DNA of 64,000 nucleotides from Pseudomonas sp. (GTDB lineage: Bacteria; Pseudomonadota; Gammaproteobacteria; Pseudomonadales; Pseudomonadaceae), in assembly GCF_035497915.1 (NCBI RefSeq), contig NZ_DATJCS010000012.1, forward strand, positions 62,068-126,067. The letters run 5' to 3'. The notes under the pieces are model-generated. The model did not search any database, was not told where the DNA came from, and was given only the letters and a program-made list of their open reading frames with translations. Position 1 is the stretch's first letter; every line of letters begins with the position of its first letter. Positions 1 to 10,598 of this stretch are shown in pieces. The position numbers and the translations under genes are program-made.

Positions 1-2295
1 GACGTTGTAGTCGTTGCTGCAGGTCCAGGAGCCCGAACCGTCGGGTTCACACGAGCGGGTGCTGAGGTCCTTGTCGAACACGTTGTTCACACGGGCATTG
101 AACGACAGGCTCTCGTCGAACTTGTAGCTGGCGCCCAGGTGATTGAGGACGTAGGACTTGTAGTACAACTCGACGGTCTCCGGTTGCGGGCCGGTGGTCG
201 TTGCGGTACCGCGGAAGCGCTCATCACGCGCTTCGGTGATGAAGCTCAGGTTCAGCTTCGAGGTGGCATCCCAGCTCAGCGTGGCGTTGGCCATGTGCTC
301 GGGGGTGTTCACCAGCGGCAAGCCCTTGTTGTTGCCGCTCTTCTGCTCGCTGTCGGTGTAGGTGTAGTTACCGCTCAGGGCCAGGCTGTTGATGATCTGC
401 CAACGGCCCGCCAGCTCGATACCCTGGGTGGTCGCCTTGTCCACGTTGGTCTTCTGCGAGAAGGTGGTGTAGCCAAGTTCCGCCCAGCCCGGCCCGATGT
501 CCACGCAACCGCTGTTCAGGTACTTGACCCCGCTGGTGTTGTAGCAGTTCGGCACGGCATCGGCAGTGGCGATCTTGTCCTTGAACTCGTTGAGGAACAG
601 TGTGGCGTTGAAGCTGAAGTTGTCGAGATTGTCGAAGTAGGTGGCCACTTCGTAGTTCAGGCTGGTTTCCGGTTGAAGGTCGGGGGTGCCGACCATGGGG
701 GAAACGCCCTGGCCACCGAAGCCGGTGATGCCGTCGAACAGGTCGTTGGGCTTCGGCGTTTTATAGCCGGTGCTGACGCCGCCCTTCAGCGTCCAGTTCT
801 CGGTGGTGCGCCAGGTGACGTAGCCGCGCGGGCTGACTTGGCTGCCGAAGATGTTGTGCTCGTCGACGCGTGCGCCGAACGTCAGGGTCACGTCATCCAA
901 CACGTCCCAGCTGTCTTCGGCGAACAGGGCCCACTGTTCGTGATCCTGGGTCTTGCCGTTCTGGTAGCCCGCGCCATCCATGCCGAACACCCCATCTTCC
1001 ATTTCCGCCAGGAAGTACTGGGCGCCTACGGTGTAGTGATGGTTGCCAATGCTGTTGGTCAGCTTGGTGTCGAAGATGGTGTTGTCGATTTCGAGGGTGC
1101 GCAATTCACGGGGCAGGAATGCCGCTTCGAGCTGGGCTTTCAAGGCAGGCGTCAGTGTCGGTTTGCCGCCGGCCGTGGTGATGCCTTGATCGGCCTTTGC
1201 CTGATTCCAGATGGCTTGCAGATCCGCGCGCTCCGCCACGGTCAGCGGCAGGGAGCGGCCCAGGTTTTCACTGTTGCTACGGGTCAGGCTGGTGTCGGTG
1301 GTGCCGAAGCTCCAGCGGCCGGTGTGCGCCAGGACGAACTGCTCACGCTGGACCCGCTGCCTTTCCGTGTAGCCGACCCGCGGCTGGATAACGCCTTGGT
1401 TGCTCGCACGCCACAGGCTCTGCGCCGAGTCCAGCGTGCCGACCTGGCCGCCGGTGTTGTCGTAGCGCTGCTTGGCTACGTCGTACTCGAGCTGGAAGTC
1501 GTGGTCCTGATGGGGAGTGAAGTTGAGGGTCAGACCCGCATTCCAGTTCTTGGCTGTCACGGACTTGCGATCACCGAAACCGCCTTCGTCGATGAAGTCG
1601 CTGCCGTCACTGTTCTTGAGGCCGCTGACCACGTAGCCCGGATCGCTTTGACCGCGTTCGAAGAAACTGCCGCGCACGCCCAGGCCGAGCAGGCCGTCCA
1701 CCAGCGGGCCGCTGGCGAAGAACTCGGTCTTGTGGTTGTCGCCGTACTGCGAGTCTTCCTGGAATGTGTGGCCGTGACTGATGGAGCCCCCCCATTCCTT
1801 CCTGACCTTCTTGGTGATGATGTTGATCACGCCACCCATGGCGTCTGCGCCGTAGAGGGTGGACATCGGGCCGCGTACCACTTCGATGCGTTCGATGGCG
1901 TCAAGGGATGGCATGTACATGAACTGGCTATTGCCGAAGTTGTTCGGCCCGATATCGCCGATGTCGCTCTGCCGGCGACCGTCGATCAGCACCAGGGTGT
2001 ACTCCTTGGGCAGGCCGCGCATGGTGATGCTGATGTTGCCGTTCTTGTCTTGGTCGGCGCCAACGTCGATACCTTCGATGTCGCGCAGGGCGTCCGCAAG
2101 GCCCGCGAAAGGCTTTTTCTGCAATTGCTCTTGGGAGACCACCGTTACGCTGGCCGGCGCATCGGCAATCTTCTGCTCATAACCGGCAGCACTCACAACG
2201 GTGTCGCCAAGAACCAGCGCGTCCTGGGCTACGGCGGCAACGCTGGCGCCCAGCAGGGCGGTGGCCAGCGCGGTACGGGCAAAGGGCAGGGGCAT
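1..2295 (-). CDS. TonB-dependent outer-membrane receptor (CirA/IrgA/FepA-like), 3' end runs off the window
   Basis: Manual minus-strand translation from ATG 2295 (GGAGAG SD): signal peptide MPLPFARTALATALLG, TonB-box-like DTVVSAAG, plug motifs MRGLPKEYTLVLIDGRRQ and IERIEVVRGPMSTLYGADAMGGVINIITK, barrel motifs DLQPETS and VNNVFDK. Not in the ORF track, presumably because the stop lies outside the window. Confidence 0.93.
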   Translation of the reverse strand, partial: MPLPFARTALATALLGASVAAVAQDALVLGDTVVSAAGYEQKIADAPASVTVVSQEQLQKKPFAGLADALRDIEGIDVGADQDKNGNISITMRGLPKEYTLVLIDGRRQSDIGDIGPNNFGNSQFMYMPSLDAIERIEVVRGPMSTLYGADAMGGVINIITKKVRKEWGGSISHGHTFQEDSQYGDNHKTEFFASGPLVDGLLGLGVRGSFFERGQSDPGYVVSGLKNSDGSDFIDEGGFGDRKSVTAKNWNAGLTLNFTPHQDHDFQLEYDVAKQRYDNTGGQVGTLDSAQSLWRASNQGVIQPRVGYTERQRVQREQFVLAHTGRWSFGTTDTSLTRSNSENLGRSLPLTVAERADLQAIWNQAKADQGITTAGGKPTLTPALKAQLEAAFLPRELRTLEIDNTIFDTKLTNSIGNHHYTVGAQYFLAEMEDGVFGMDGAGYQNGKTQDHEQWALFAEDSWDVLDDVTLTFGARVDEHNIFGSQVSPRGYVTWRTTENWTLKGGVSTGYKTPKPNDLFDGITGFGGQGVSPMVGTPDLQPETSLNYEVATYFDNLDNFSFNATLFLNEFKDKIATADAVPNCYNTSGVKYLNSGCVDIGPGWAELGYTTFSQKTNVDKATTQGIELAGRWQIINSLALSGNYTYTDSEQKSGNNKGLPLVNTPEHMANATLSWDATSKLNLSFITEARDERFRGTATTTGPQPETVELYYKSYVLNHLGASYKFDESLSFNARVNNVFDKDLSTRSCEPDGSGSWTCSNDYNV

Positions 2296-2351
2296 CGCGA
2301 AACTCTCCATGGTGTTGTGCGGGAATGGGTCGTTCGACCTTCTGGAGCGGC

Positions 2352-2391
2352 ATGATAATGATTCGCGATTGTGTTGAGAAGTATTTTCAAT
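2352..2391. promoter_or_regulatory. Two adjacent Fur-box-like sites upstream of the receptor
   Basis: GATAATGATTCGCGATTGT (2354-2372) and GTTGAGAAGTATTTTCAAT (about 2373-2391) resemble the Fur consensus; AT-rich patch in GC-rich DNA upstream of a TBDR. Confidence 0.65.
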
Positions 2392-2529
2392 TGCGTTCAG
2401 TGCAATTTGCGCTCAAGGCGCGGTTGGCGCTGGGCGAGGCGGGCTAGAGCGGATGAAAGACCGGGGCGGGCGCTTGGCGCGCGAGGGGTGATGCCTGGGC
2501 GAATGCGGTGGCGTACAGCCACCTGCGTC

Positions 2530-2548
2530 GGCCGGGATAAGCCCGGCC
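2530..2548. repeat. Degenerate REP (GGCCGGG-ATAAG-CCCGGCC class)
   Basis: Nearly identical to the copies at 43694-43716 and 63085-63107. Confidence 0.6.
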
Positions 2549-2639
2549 GGGTAGGTCCAGCCGCGGTTCCGCAGGATGGGGGCGGCTCCGGGCGTGGCGG
2601 TTTCGAGATCGTCGGCCGGGATCAGCCCGGCCTCGAGGC

Positions 2640-3341
2640 TCAGGGCATGAGCACTTCGATCGTGCCGTCGGCCTGGATGCTGATGCGCGTGGTGCCGGCT
2701 TCGACCTGCGGCGCCACGGCATCGCTGGCGGCCTCCATCATCATCTTGGCCGGGGCGCGGTACACCGGTTGCGGGAAGCCGCTGCTGTGCAGGTTGAGGT
2801 TGACCAGTCGGTAGCCGGTGCCGCCGAGCGCCTCGCTGGTCAGCTTGGCGCGCGCCCCGAAGGACTGCACGGCCTGGCGCAGCAGCTCATCCTCGTGGCG
2901 CTTGCGCAGTGCGTCGGAGACGCTGAAGCTCATGCCGCCCATGTTCAGGGTCTGCAGCAGTTCGCCGGTCAGCTGGGAAAGCGCGGGGAAATCGGCGCTT
3001 TCCAGGCGCAGTTCGGCGCGCTCGCGCCAGGCGCGGATCTTCTGTCCCTTTTCCTCGTAGACGGGGTAGCTGCCGCGACTGCCCTGGCTGACAGTCACGC
3101 CCTGGCTCTGGCGGGCCTTGCCGAGTGCGCTGTTGAGGGTTTCGGTGACCTTTTTGGCCAGCCGGGCCGGGTCACTGTCCTGTGCCTCGGTGTAGAGTGT
3201 CACCTGCATGCGATCGTGGCCGACTTCCTGGCTGACTTCGCTGCGCAGGGAAACCTGGTTGTAGCGGGGCTCCTCCGCCAGCGCGGGCAGGCTGGCACAG
3301 GTAAACAGGGCAAGCAGCGACAGGCGGGACAAGCTGGACAT
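2640..3341 (-). CDS. SIMPL (DUF541) periplasmic protein
   Basis: Signal peptide, YNQVSLRSEVSQEVGHD start and typical SIMPL composition; divergent from roxS as in other pseudomonads. Confidence 0.85.
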   Translation of the reverse strand: MSSLSRLSLLALFTCASLPALAEEPRYNQVSLRSEVSQEVGHDRMQVTLYTEAQDSDPARLAKKVTETLNSALGKARQSQGVTVSQGSRGSYPVYEEKGQKIRAWRERAELRLESADFPALSQLTGELLQTLNMGGMSFSVSDALRKRHEDELLRQAVQSFGARAKLTSEALGGTGYRLVNLNLHSSGFPQPVYRAPAKMMMEAASDAVAPQVEAGTTRISIQADGTIEVLMP

Positions 3342-3443
3342 GATGACTCCTCAGGATGCGGCGCCGAAGGGCGCCGGGGCAGAGACGGTGCGCGGGACTT
3401 TCGCCCGAACGGTCGACACGCGCAAGGGTGGCACGGGCGCGCT

Positions 3444-3460
3444 TGCGGCGCTATGCCGCA
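3444..3460. promoter_or_regulatory. Putative RoxR (RegA/PrrA-family) binding site
   Basis: Perfect TGCGGC-N5-GCCGCA palindrome; TATACT -10-like hexamer at 3483-3488. Confidence 0.45.
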
Positions 3461-3510
3461 GGGGGGCGAAAGAGTCGCTGGTTATACTCGGGCGACTGCC
3501 CGGAGCCACT

Positions 3511-4767
3511 ATGCGAGCCCCTCTCTTCCTACTTTCCGCCAATCGCCAGAACCTTGGCCGGCTGGTGCTCATCCGTGTCCTGGTGCTGAGTGCCCAGGCG
3601 GCGTCCGTGGGTGTCGCCTGGCTGTCCGGCGTGGTGGTGCTGCCCTGGGTCGCCCTGGCGATCATTCTCGGCGTTTCTACGCTGCTGTGCCTGTTCACGG
3701 CCCTGCGGCTGCGCCAGCAATGGCCGGTCACCGAGCAGGAATACGCCGTACAGCTGGCCTGCGACCTGATCATCCACAGCGTGCTGCTGTATTTCTCGGG
3801 GGGCTCCAGCAACCCCTTCGTGTCCTATTACCTGGTGCCGCTGACCATCGCCGCGGCGACCCTCCCCTGGCTGTACACGCTGGTGCTGGCCGCGCTGGCG
3901 CTGGCCAGCTACAGCCTGCTGCTGTTCGCGCATCATCCGCTGACGCTGCTGGTTACCCTGCCCGCGGAAATCATGGTCTACGGGATGTGGTTGAGTTTCG
4001 CGCTCGCCGCCTTGCTGATCACGGTGTTCGTGGCGCGCATGGCCGAGGCGCTGCGCTTCCAGGAGCAGTTGCAGGCCCAGCGCCGCGAGGCGGACATGCG
4101 CGATCAGCAACTGCTGGCGGTGGCCACCCAGGCCGCCGGCGCGGCCCATGAGCTGGGCACGCCGCTGGCCACCATGAGCGTGCTGCTCAAGGACCTGATT
4201 CAGGATTGCCAGGGGACGCCGGGCCTGCAGGACGACCTCAGGGTCCTGCAGGATCAGGTGATGCTCTGCAAGGGCACGCTGCAGAGCCTGGTGCGCGCCG
4301 CCGAGGCGCAGCGGCGGCAGGAGATTGTCGAACAGACCGTGCGCGAGTGGCTGGAGGCCGCACTGGAGCGCTGGCACCTGATGCGCCCCGAGGCGACCTA
4401 TCGCTATGAGTGCGTCGGCAAGGGCGCGCCGCCGACCCTGATGCCGCCGGCCGAACTGACCCAGGCACTGCTCAATCTGCTGAACAATGCAGCCGATGCC
4501 TCGCCGGACAACCTGGCCATCCGTCTGGGCTGGGACCACCAATGGATCAAGGTAACCATCCGCGATCATGGCGCCGGTGTGCCGCTGGCGATCGCCGAGC
4601 AGCTTGGCAAGCCGTTCTTCACCACCAAGGGCAAGGGTTTCGGCCTGGGGCTGTTCCTCAGCCAGGCCAGCGTGACGCGTGCCGGCGGAACCGTAAAACT
4701 GTATAACCACGAAGAGGGTGGTACGCTCACCGAGCTGCGTTTGCCGCGCCTCTACGGTTTGCATTGA
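3511..4767 (+). CDS. roxS: RegB/PrrB-family redox sensor histidine kinase RoxS
   Basis: Multiple TM helices, quinone-site motif SGGSSNPF, H-box AAHELGTPL, NLLNNA, GKPFFTTKGKGFGLGL; start ATG 3511 behind GGAG. Confidence 0.9.
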   Translation: MRAPLFLLSANRQNLGRLVLIRVLVLSAQAASVGVAWLSGVVVLPWVALAIILGVSTLLCLFTALRLRQQWPVTEQEYAVQLACDLIIHSVLLYFSGGSSNPFVSYYLVPLTIAAATLPWLYTLVLAALALASYSLLLFAHHPLTLLVTLPAEIMVYGMWLSFALAALLITVFVARMAEALRFQEQLQAQRREADMRDQQLLAVATQAAGAAHELGTPLATMSVLLKDLIQDCQGTPGLQDDLRVLQDQVMLCKGTLQSLVRAAEAQRRQEIVEQTVREWLEAALERWHLMRPEATYRYECVGKGAPPTLMPPAELTQALLNLLNNAADASPDNLAIRLGWDHQWIKVTIRDHGAGVPLAIAEQLGKPFFTTKGKGFGLGLFLSQASVTRAGGTVKLYNHEEGGTLTELRLPRLYGLH

Positions 4768-4795
4768 TCGACCATGCCGCAGCCAAGGAGCATGC

Positions 4796-5356
4796 ATGTC
4801 TGAAGAAGTCCTGTTCGAGGGAGATGAGCAGCCTCATCTGTTGCTGGTGGATGACGACGCCACCTTCACTCGCGTGATGGCGCGCTCCATGGAGCGTCGC
4901 GGGCTGCGTGTCAGCGTGGCCTCCAGTGCCGAGGAAGGGCTGGTCATCGCGACGCGGGACAGTCCCGACTACGCGGTTCTGGACCTGAAGATGGAAGGCG
5001 ACTCTGGGCTTGCCCTGCTGCCCAAGCTGCTGGAGCTGGACAGCGAGATGCGCGTGCTGATCCTCACCGGCTACTCGAGCATCGCCACCGCCGTGGAAGC
5101 CATCAAGCGCGGTGCCTGCAATTACCTGTGCAAGCCGGCGGATGCCGACGATGTGCTGGCCGCGCTGATGTCCGAGCACGTGGAGCTGAGTTCGCTGGTG
5201 CCGGAAAACCCCATGTCGGTGGATCGCCTGCAGTGGGAGCACATCCAGCGGGTGCTGGCCGAGCACCAGGGCAACATTTCCGCCACTGCGCGCGCACTGG
5301 GCATGCACCGTCGCACCCTGCAGCGCAAGTTGCAGAAGCGCCCGGTCCGCCGCTGA
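4796..5356 (+). CDS. roxR: RegA/PrrA-family response regulator RoxR
   Basis: Receiver LLVDDD...AVLDL, C-terminal RLQWEHIQRVL...NISATARALGMHRRTLQRKLQKR. Confidence 0.93.
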   Translation: MSEEVLFEGDEQPHLLLVDDDATFTRVMARSMERRGLRVSVASSAEEGLVIATRDSPDYAVLDLKMEGDSGLALLPKLLELDSEMRVLILTGYSSIATAVEAIKRGACNYLCKPADADDVLAALMSEHVELSSLVPENPMSVDRLQWEHIQRVLAEHQGNISATARALGMHRRTLQRKLQKRPVRR

Positions 5357-5437
5357 TCTTTCTCTGCGCCCCGCTTCGCGAGCGGCGGGGCGCGCGTTAC
5401 CATGCACGCCTTCTTGCCGTAGTTCCGGGTAGTTGTC

Positions 5438-6379
5438 GTGCTCGCTCTCATTCAGCAAACGTTGGCGGTGACCGCTCCGGTCTTCGCCATGCTGTTCCTC
5501 GGTGTCCTGCTCAAGCGCCTCGGCTGGATCGACACCGCCTTCGTCAACACCGCCTCCAGCCTGGTCTTCAAGGGCACCCTGCCGGCGCTGCTGTTCCTCG
5601 CCATCCTGCGCGCCGACCTTGGCGCCGCGCTGCAGCCGGGATTGCTGATCTATTTCGCCCTGGCCACGGTCGCCGGCTTCCTGCTGGCCTGGGGCTGGGC
5701 GATCTGGCGCTGCCCGCACGCGGATCGCGGGGTCTATGTGCAGGGCGCGTTTCGCGGCAACAACGGCATCGTCGGTCTGGCGCTGGCCAGCAGCCTGTAC
5801 GGTGACTTCGGGCTGTCGCTGGGCGGTGTGCTCGCCGGCCTGGTGATCCTCTGCTACAACGCGCTCTCGGCGCTGGTGCTGGCGCTCTACAGCCCGAGCA
5901 GCAAGACCGATCCGTGGAGCATTGCCAAGAGCATTCTCGGCAACCCGCTGGTGCTGGCGGTGCTGGCGGCGATCCCCTTCGCCTACTGGCGGATTCCGCT
6001 GCCGGGTTGGCTGCTGACTTCGGCGGGCTACTTCGCCCAGATGAGTCTGCCGCTGGCGCTGATCTGCATCGGCGCCACGCTGTCGCTGGCCTCGCTGCGC
6101 GAAAGCGGCGGCACCGCGCTGAGCGCCAGTCTGATGAAGATGATCTGGCTGCCGGCGCTTTCCACGCTGGGTGCCTGGTGGCTGGGCTTTCGGGGTGCGG
6201 AGCTGGGCATCCTGTTTCTCTACTTCGCCAGCCCGACGGCGGCGGCCAGCTTCGTGATGGCCAAGGCGGTGGGTTCCAACTATCAACTGGCGGCGGCGAT
6301 CATCGTGATGACCACCCTGATGGCGGTGCTGAGCACCAACCTCGGGTTGTTCGCGCTGCAGTGGGGCGGTTGGATCTGA
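5438..6379 (+). CDS. AEC (auxin efflux carrier) family transporter
   Basis: About 10 TM segments, motifs FRGNNGIVGL and ASPTAAAS. Confidence 0.88.
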   Translation: MLALIQQTLAVTAPVFAMLFLGVLLKRLGWIDTAFVNTASSLVFKGTLPALLFLAILRADLGAALQPGLLIYFALATVAGFLLAWGWAIWRCPHADRGVYVQGAFRGNNGIVGLALASSLYGDFGLSLGGVLAGLVILCYNALSALVLALYSPSSKTDPWSIAKSILGNPLVLAVLAAIPFAYWRIPLPGWLLTSAGYFAQMSLPLALICIGATLSLASLRESGGTALSASLMKMIWLPALSTLGAWWLGFRGAELGILFLYFASPTAAASFVMAKAVGSNYQLAAAIIVMTTLMAVLSTNLGLFALQWGGWI

Positions 6380-6392
6380 TTCGAAAGGTCCT

Positions 6393-6502
6393 GTAGGAGG
6401 GGCTTCAGCCGCGACGCTTGCTCGTGCGGTTGGGCAGGGTGGTCAACTCGCGCGGCGATTGCCCACCCCTGCGCCGTTGTACCCTGCGCAGCTTTGCCCT
6501 AC
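6393..6502. repeat. REP cluster (GTAGGAGGGGCTTCAGCCGCGA plus a GGGTGG...CCACCC-type hairpin)
   Basis: GTAG-tailed palindrome 6393-6414 matches the other copies; second hairpin at about 6434-6472; between convergent genes. Confidence 0.8.
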
Positions 6503-7002
6503 TTCTTGTGCGCGTTCTTCGGCAGCTGCACCACGTGGCTGTCCGAATAGATGTCGTGCCAGGTACGGGACTGCTTGTCCCACAGCATCCAGACGAAGCC
6601 CAGGCCGACGAACAGCCAGGAGCCGATGGCGACGAGGAAGCGCAGCAGCGCCTGCCAGAGGTCGATGGCCGAGCCATCGGCGTTCTGTATGCGCAAGCCC
6701 CAGACCTGCATGCCGAGGGTCTGGCCGTTGTACGTCCAGAACTTGGCGAAGAAGCCGAACAGGCTCAGCAGCAGCAGGCTGGCCAGCAGCGGGTCGTTGT
6801 CCAGGGCGCCGGCCTCGGCCAGCGCCTGCAGCTGGTCTGCGCCGTGGATCAGGCGCAGCAGGCCTTGCTGGTAGAGCAGGGTGACTACCATCACCAGGGC
6901 CACGCAGAGCAGGAAGTCATAGAAAAGCGCGGCCAGGCGACGGCCGAAGCCGGCTGTCGGGAAGTTGCCGCTGGGCTGGAGCATGCGTTTCGCGGTTGCC
7001 AT
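6499..7002 (-). CDS. RDD family membrane protein
   Basis: AGFGRRLAALFYD, GQTLGMQVW, RTWHDIYSDS RDD-type motifs. Confidence 0.9.
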   Translation of the reverse strand: MATAKRMLQPSGNFPTAGFGRRLAALFYDFLLCVALVMVVTLLYQQGLLRLIHGADQLQALAEAGALDNDPLLASLLLLSLFGFFAKFWTYNGQTLGMQVWGLRIQNADGSAIDLWQALLRFLVAIGSWLFVGLGFVWMLWDKQSRTWHDIYSDSHVVQLPKNAHKK

Positions 7003-7097
7003 GGGAAGCTCGTCGGGAAAAATCGACCGCCATTCTAGGGCTGTCGATAAACCATTGCGAGCGGCCTGGCTGTCTGGCGGGGCGTTGTTGCGGGCAC

Positions 7098-7130
7098 AAA
7101 AAAGCCCCCGATGTTTCCATCGGGGGCTTC
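7098..7130 (-). terminator. Intrinsic terminator of the cold-shock gene
   Basis: 12-bp stem AAGCCCCCGATG/CATCGGGGGCTT followed by a T-run on the minus strand. Confidence 0.88.
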
Positions 7131-7146
7131 GGGTGTTGCGTGCTGC

Positions 7147-7359
7147 TTAGCCCAGAACCTGGACCTTGTCAGCCTGCATGCCCTTCTGGCCCTGGACGGC
7201 TTCGAAGGTAACCTTCTGGCCTTCCTTCAGGCTGCGGAAACCGCTGCCTTCGATAGCACGGAAGTGCACGAACAGATCCGGACCGCTTTCGGGGGTGATG
7301 AAGCCGAAGCCCTTCTCATCGTTGAACCATTTGACGGTGCCGGTTTGACGATTCGACAT
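7147..7359 (-). CDS. Cold-shock protein (CspA/CapB type)
   Basis: 70 aa with RNP1 KGFGFI and RNP2 LFVHF. Confidence 0.96.
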   Translation of the reverse strand: MSNRQTGTVKWFNDEKGFGFITPESGPDLFVHFRAIEGSGFRSLKEGQKVTFEAVQGQKGMQADKVQVLG

Positions 7360-7519
7360 GTCTTTATTTCCTTGAAACTAGAGTGGATGGCAGTCCCTGT
7401 GACAACAGGGAGCTGGAACTGGTTGCAGGAGATAAGAGAAGTCGAGCGGGATGAGCAAATCGTCAAGATCTACCGCACCAGGTCACGATTCAACAGCGAC
7501 CCATGCAAACAGTCAGCGC

Positions 7520-7548
7520 ACTCTACGGAAGTTTCGGGCAAATGCCAA
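7520..7548 (-). promoter_or_regulatory. sigma70 promoter of the csp gene (about 150-nt 5' UTR)
   Basis: TTGGCA-N17-TAGAGT on the minus strand. Confidence 0.6.
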
Positions 7549-7705
7549 CCCCCCGCTCAGCACCTTTTGATGACGGCCGGAATGCTCCGGGGAAAAAGCT
7601 ACAACTGGGCCGTCGAGGCGGTCGTATCAGGGTCGAGACTTGACGCGGAAGGACGGTCGGGCAAGCCCGGCCGGGGGATAGAAAAAGGACATTTTCTTAT
7701 CGGAC

Positions 7706-7791
7706 TGGTGCCTTGGGAGAGACTCGAACTCTCACGTTGTCGCCAACGGCGGATTTTGAATCCGCTGCGTCTACCATTCCGCCACCAAGGC
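7706..7791 (-). tRNA. tRNA-Leu(CAA)
   Basis: Reverse complement folds as a class II tRNA: GCCTTGG acceptor, anticodon arm GCGGA-TT-CAA-AA-TCCGC, long variable arm, GTTCGAGT T-loop, CCA end. Confidence 0.96.
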
Positions 7792-7802
7792 AATGGGCGC
7801 GC

Positions 7803-7831
7803 AGTATAGGGAGGCCAAGCCAGGCGGTCAA
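7803..7831 (-). promoter_or_regulatory. sigma70 promoter of tRNA-Leu
   Basis: TTGACC-N17-TATACT followed by a GC-rich discriminator. Confidence 0.8.
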
Positions 7832-7896
7832 TCGGCTCGCATGGCCAGTCCCAGGCATTTCCGTTAAGCTTTGCGCCCCTGCAAGACGGCCCCACC

Positions 7897-10076
<2,180 letters not shown>

Positions 10077-10127
10077 ATGAATCCTTCTTTGAAACCGTAG
10101 AAACCATCCCTGCAACAGGAGTGTTAC

Positions 10128-10463
10128 ATGAGCTTTTTCATTCCCGCCGCCTACGCCCAGGCCGCCCCGGGCGCTGCAGCTCCGGGTTCCGACATGATGG
10201 GCATTCTGATGCTCGTCGGCTTCGTGGTCATCTTCTACCTGATGATCTGGCGTCCCCAGTCCAAGCGCGCCAAGGAGCACAAGAATCTGCTGGCCGGCCT
10301 GCAGAAGGGTGACGAAGTGGTCACCGGCGGTGGCATGACCGGCAAGGTCACCAAGGTCGCCGACGACTTCGTGGTGCTGGAAGTGGCCGACAACGTGGAA
10401 CTGAAGTTCCAGAAGGCCGCCATCGTTGCGACCCTGCCCAAGGGCACGCTGAAGGCCATCTGA
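10128..10463 (+). CDS. yajC: Preprotein translocase subunit YajC
   Basis: WRPQSKRAKEH, LQKGDEVVTGGG; between tgt and secD. Confidence 0.95.
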   Translation: MSFFIPAAYAQAAPGAAAPGSDMMGILMLVGFVVIFYLMIWRPQSKRAKEHKNLLAGLQKGDEVVTGGGMTGKVTKVADDFVVLEVADNVELKFQKAAIVATLPKGTLKAI

Positions 10464-10557
10464 TCCTGTCGGGTGGCAATGCCAGGAAGGTGCTGTCCAC
10501 GTCTGTCGCCGCGTTCCTGCCAAGCCGCCCGTCCAGGCTTCACGAGTTATTGTCATT

Positions 10558-10584
10558 GCGGGGCGCCTAGGCGCCCCGCTCTTT
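10558..10584 (+). terminator. Hairpin/weak terminator between yajC and secD
   Basis: Perfect 22-bp palindrome GCGGGGCGCCTAGGCGCCCCGC followed by TCTTT. Confidence 0.5.
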
Positions 10585-10598
10585 GAGCGGGCGGCGTC

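Noticed and set aside
139-2355. 738-aa plus-strand ORF
   Set aside because: Antisense shadow of the TonB-dependent receptor; no recognisable motifs, and such shadows are common in high-GC coding DNA.
7020-7050. GTCGATAA as a sigma28 -10 element
   Set aside because: No TAAA at the 15-bp spacing, and it points away from any nearby plus-strand gene.
7560-7791. tRNA-Leu(CAA) as an occupied integration site
   Set aside because: No integrase and no duplicated tRNA 3' end in the window; the site appears empty.
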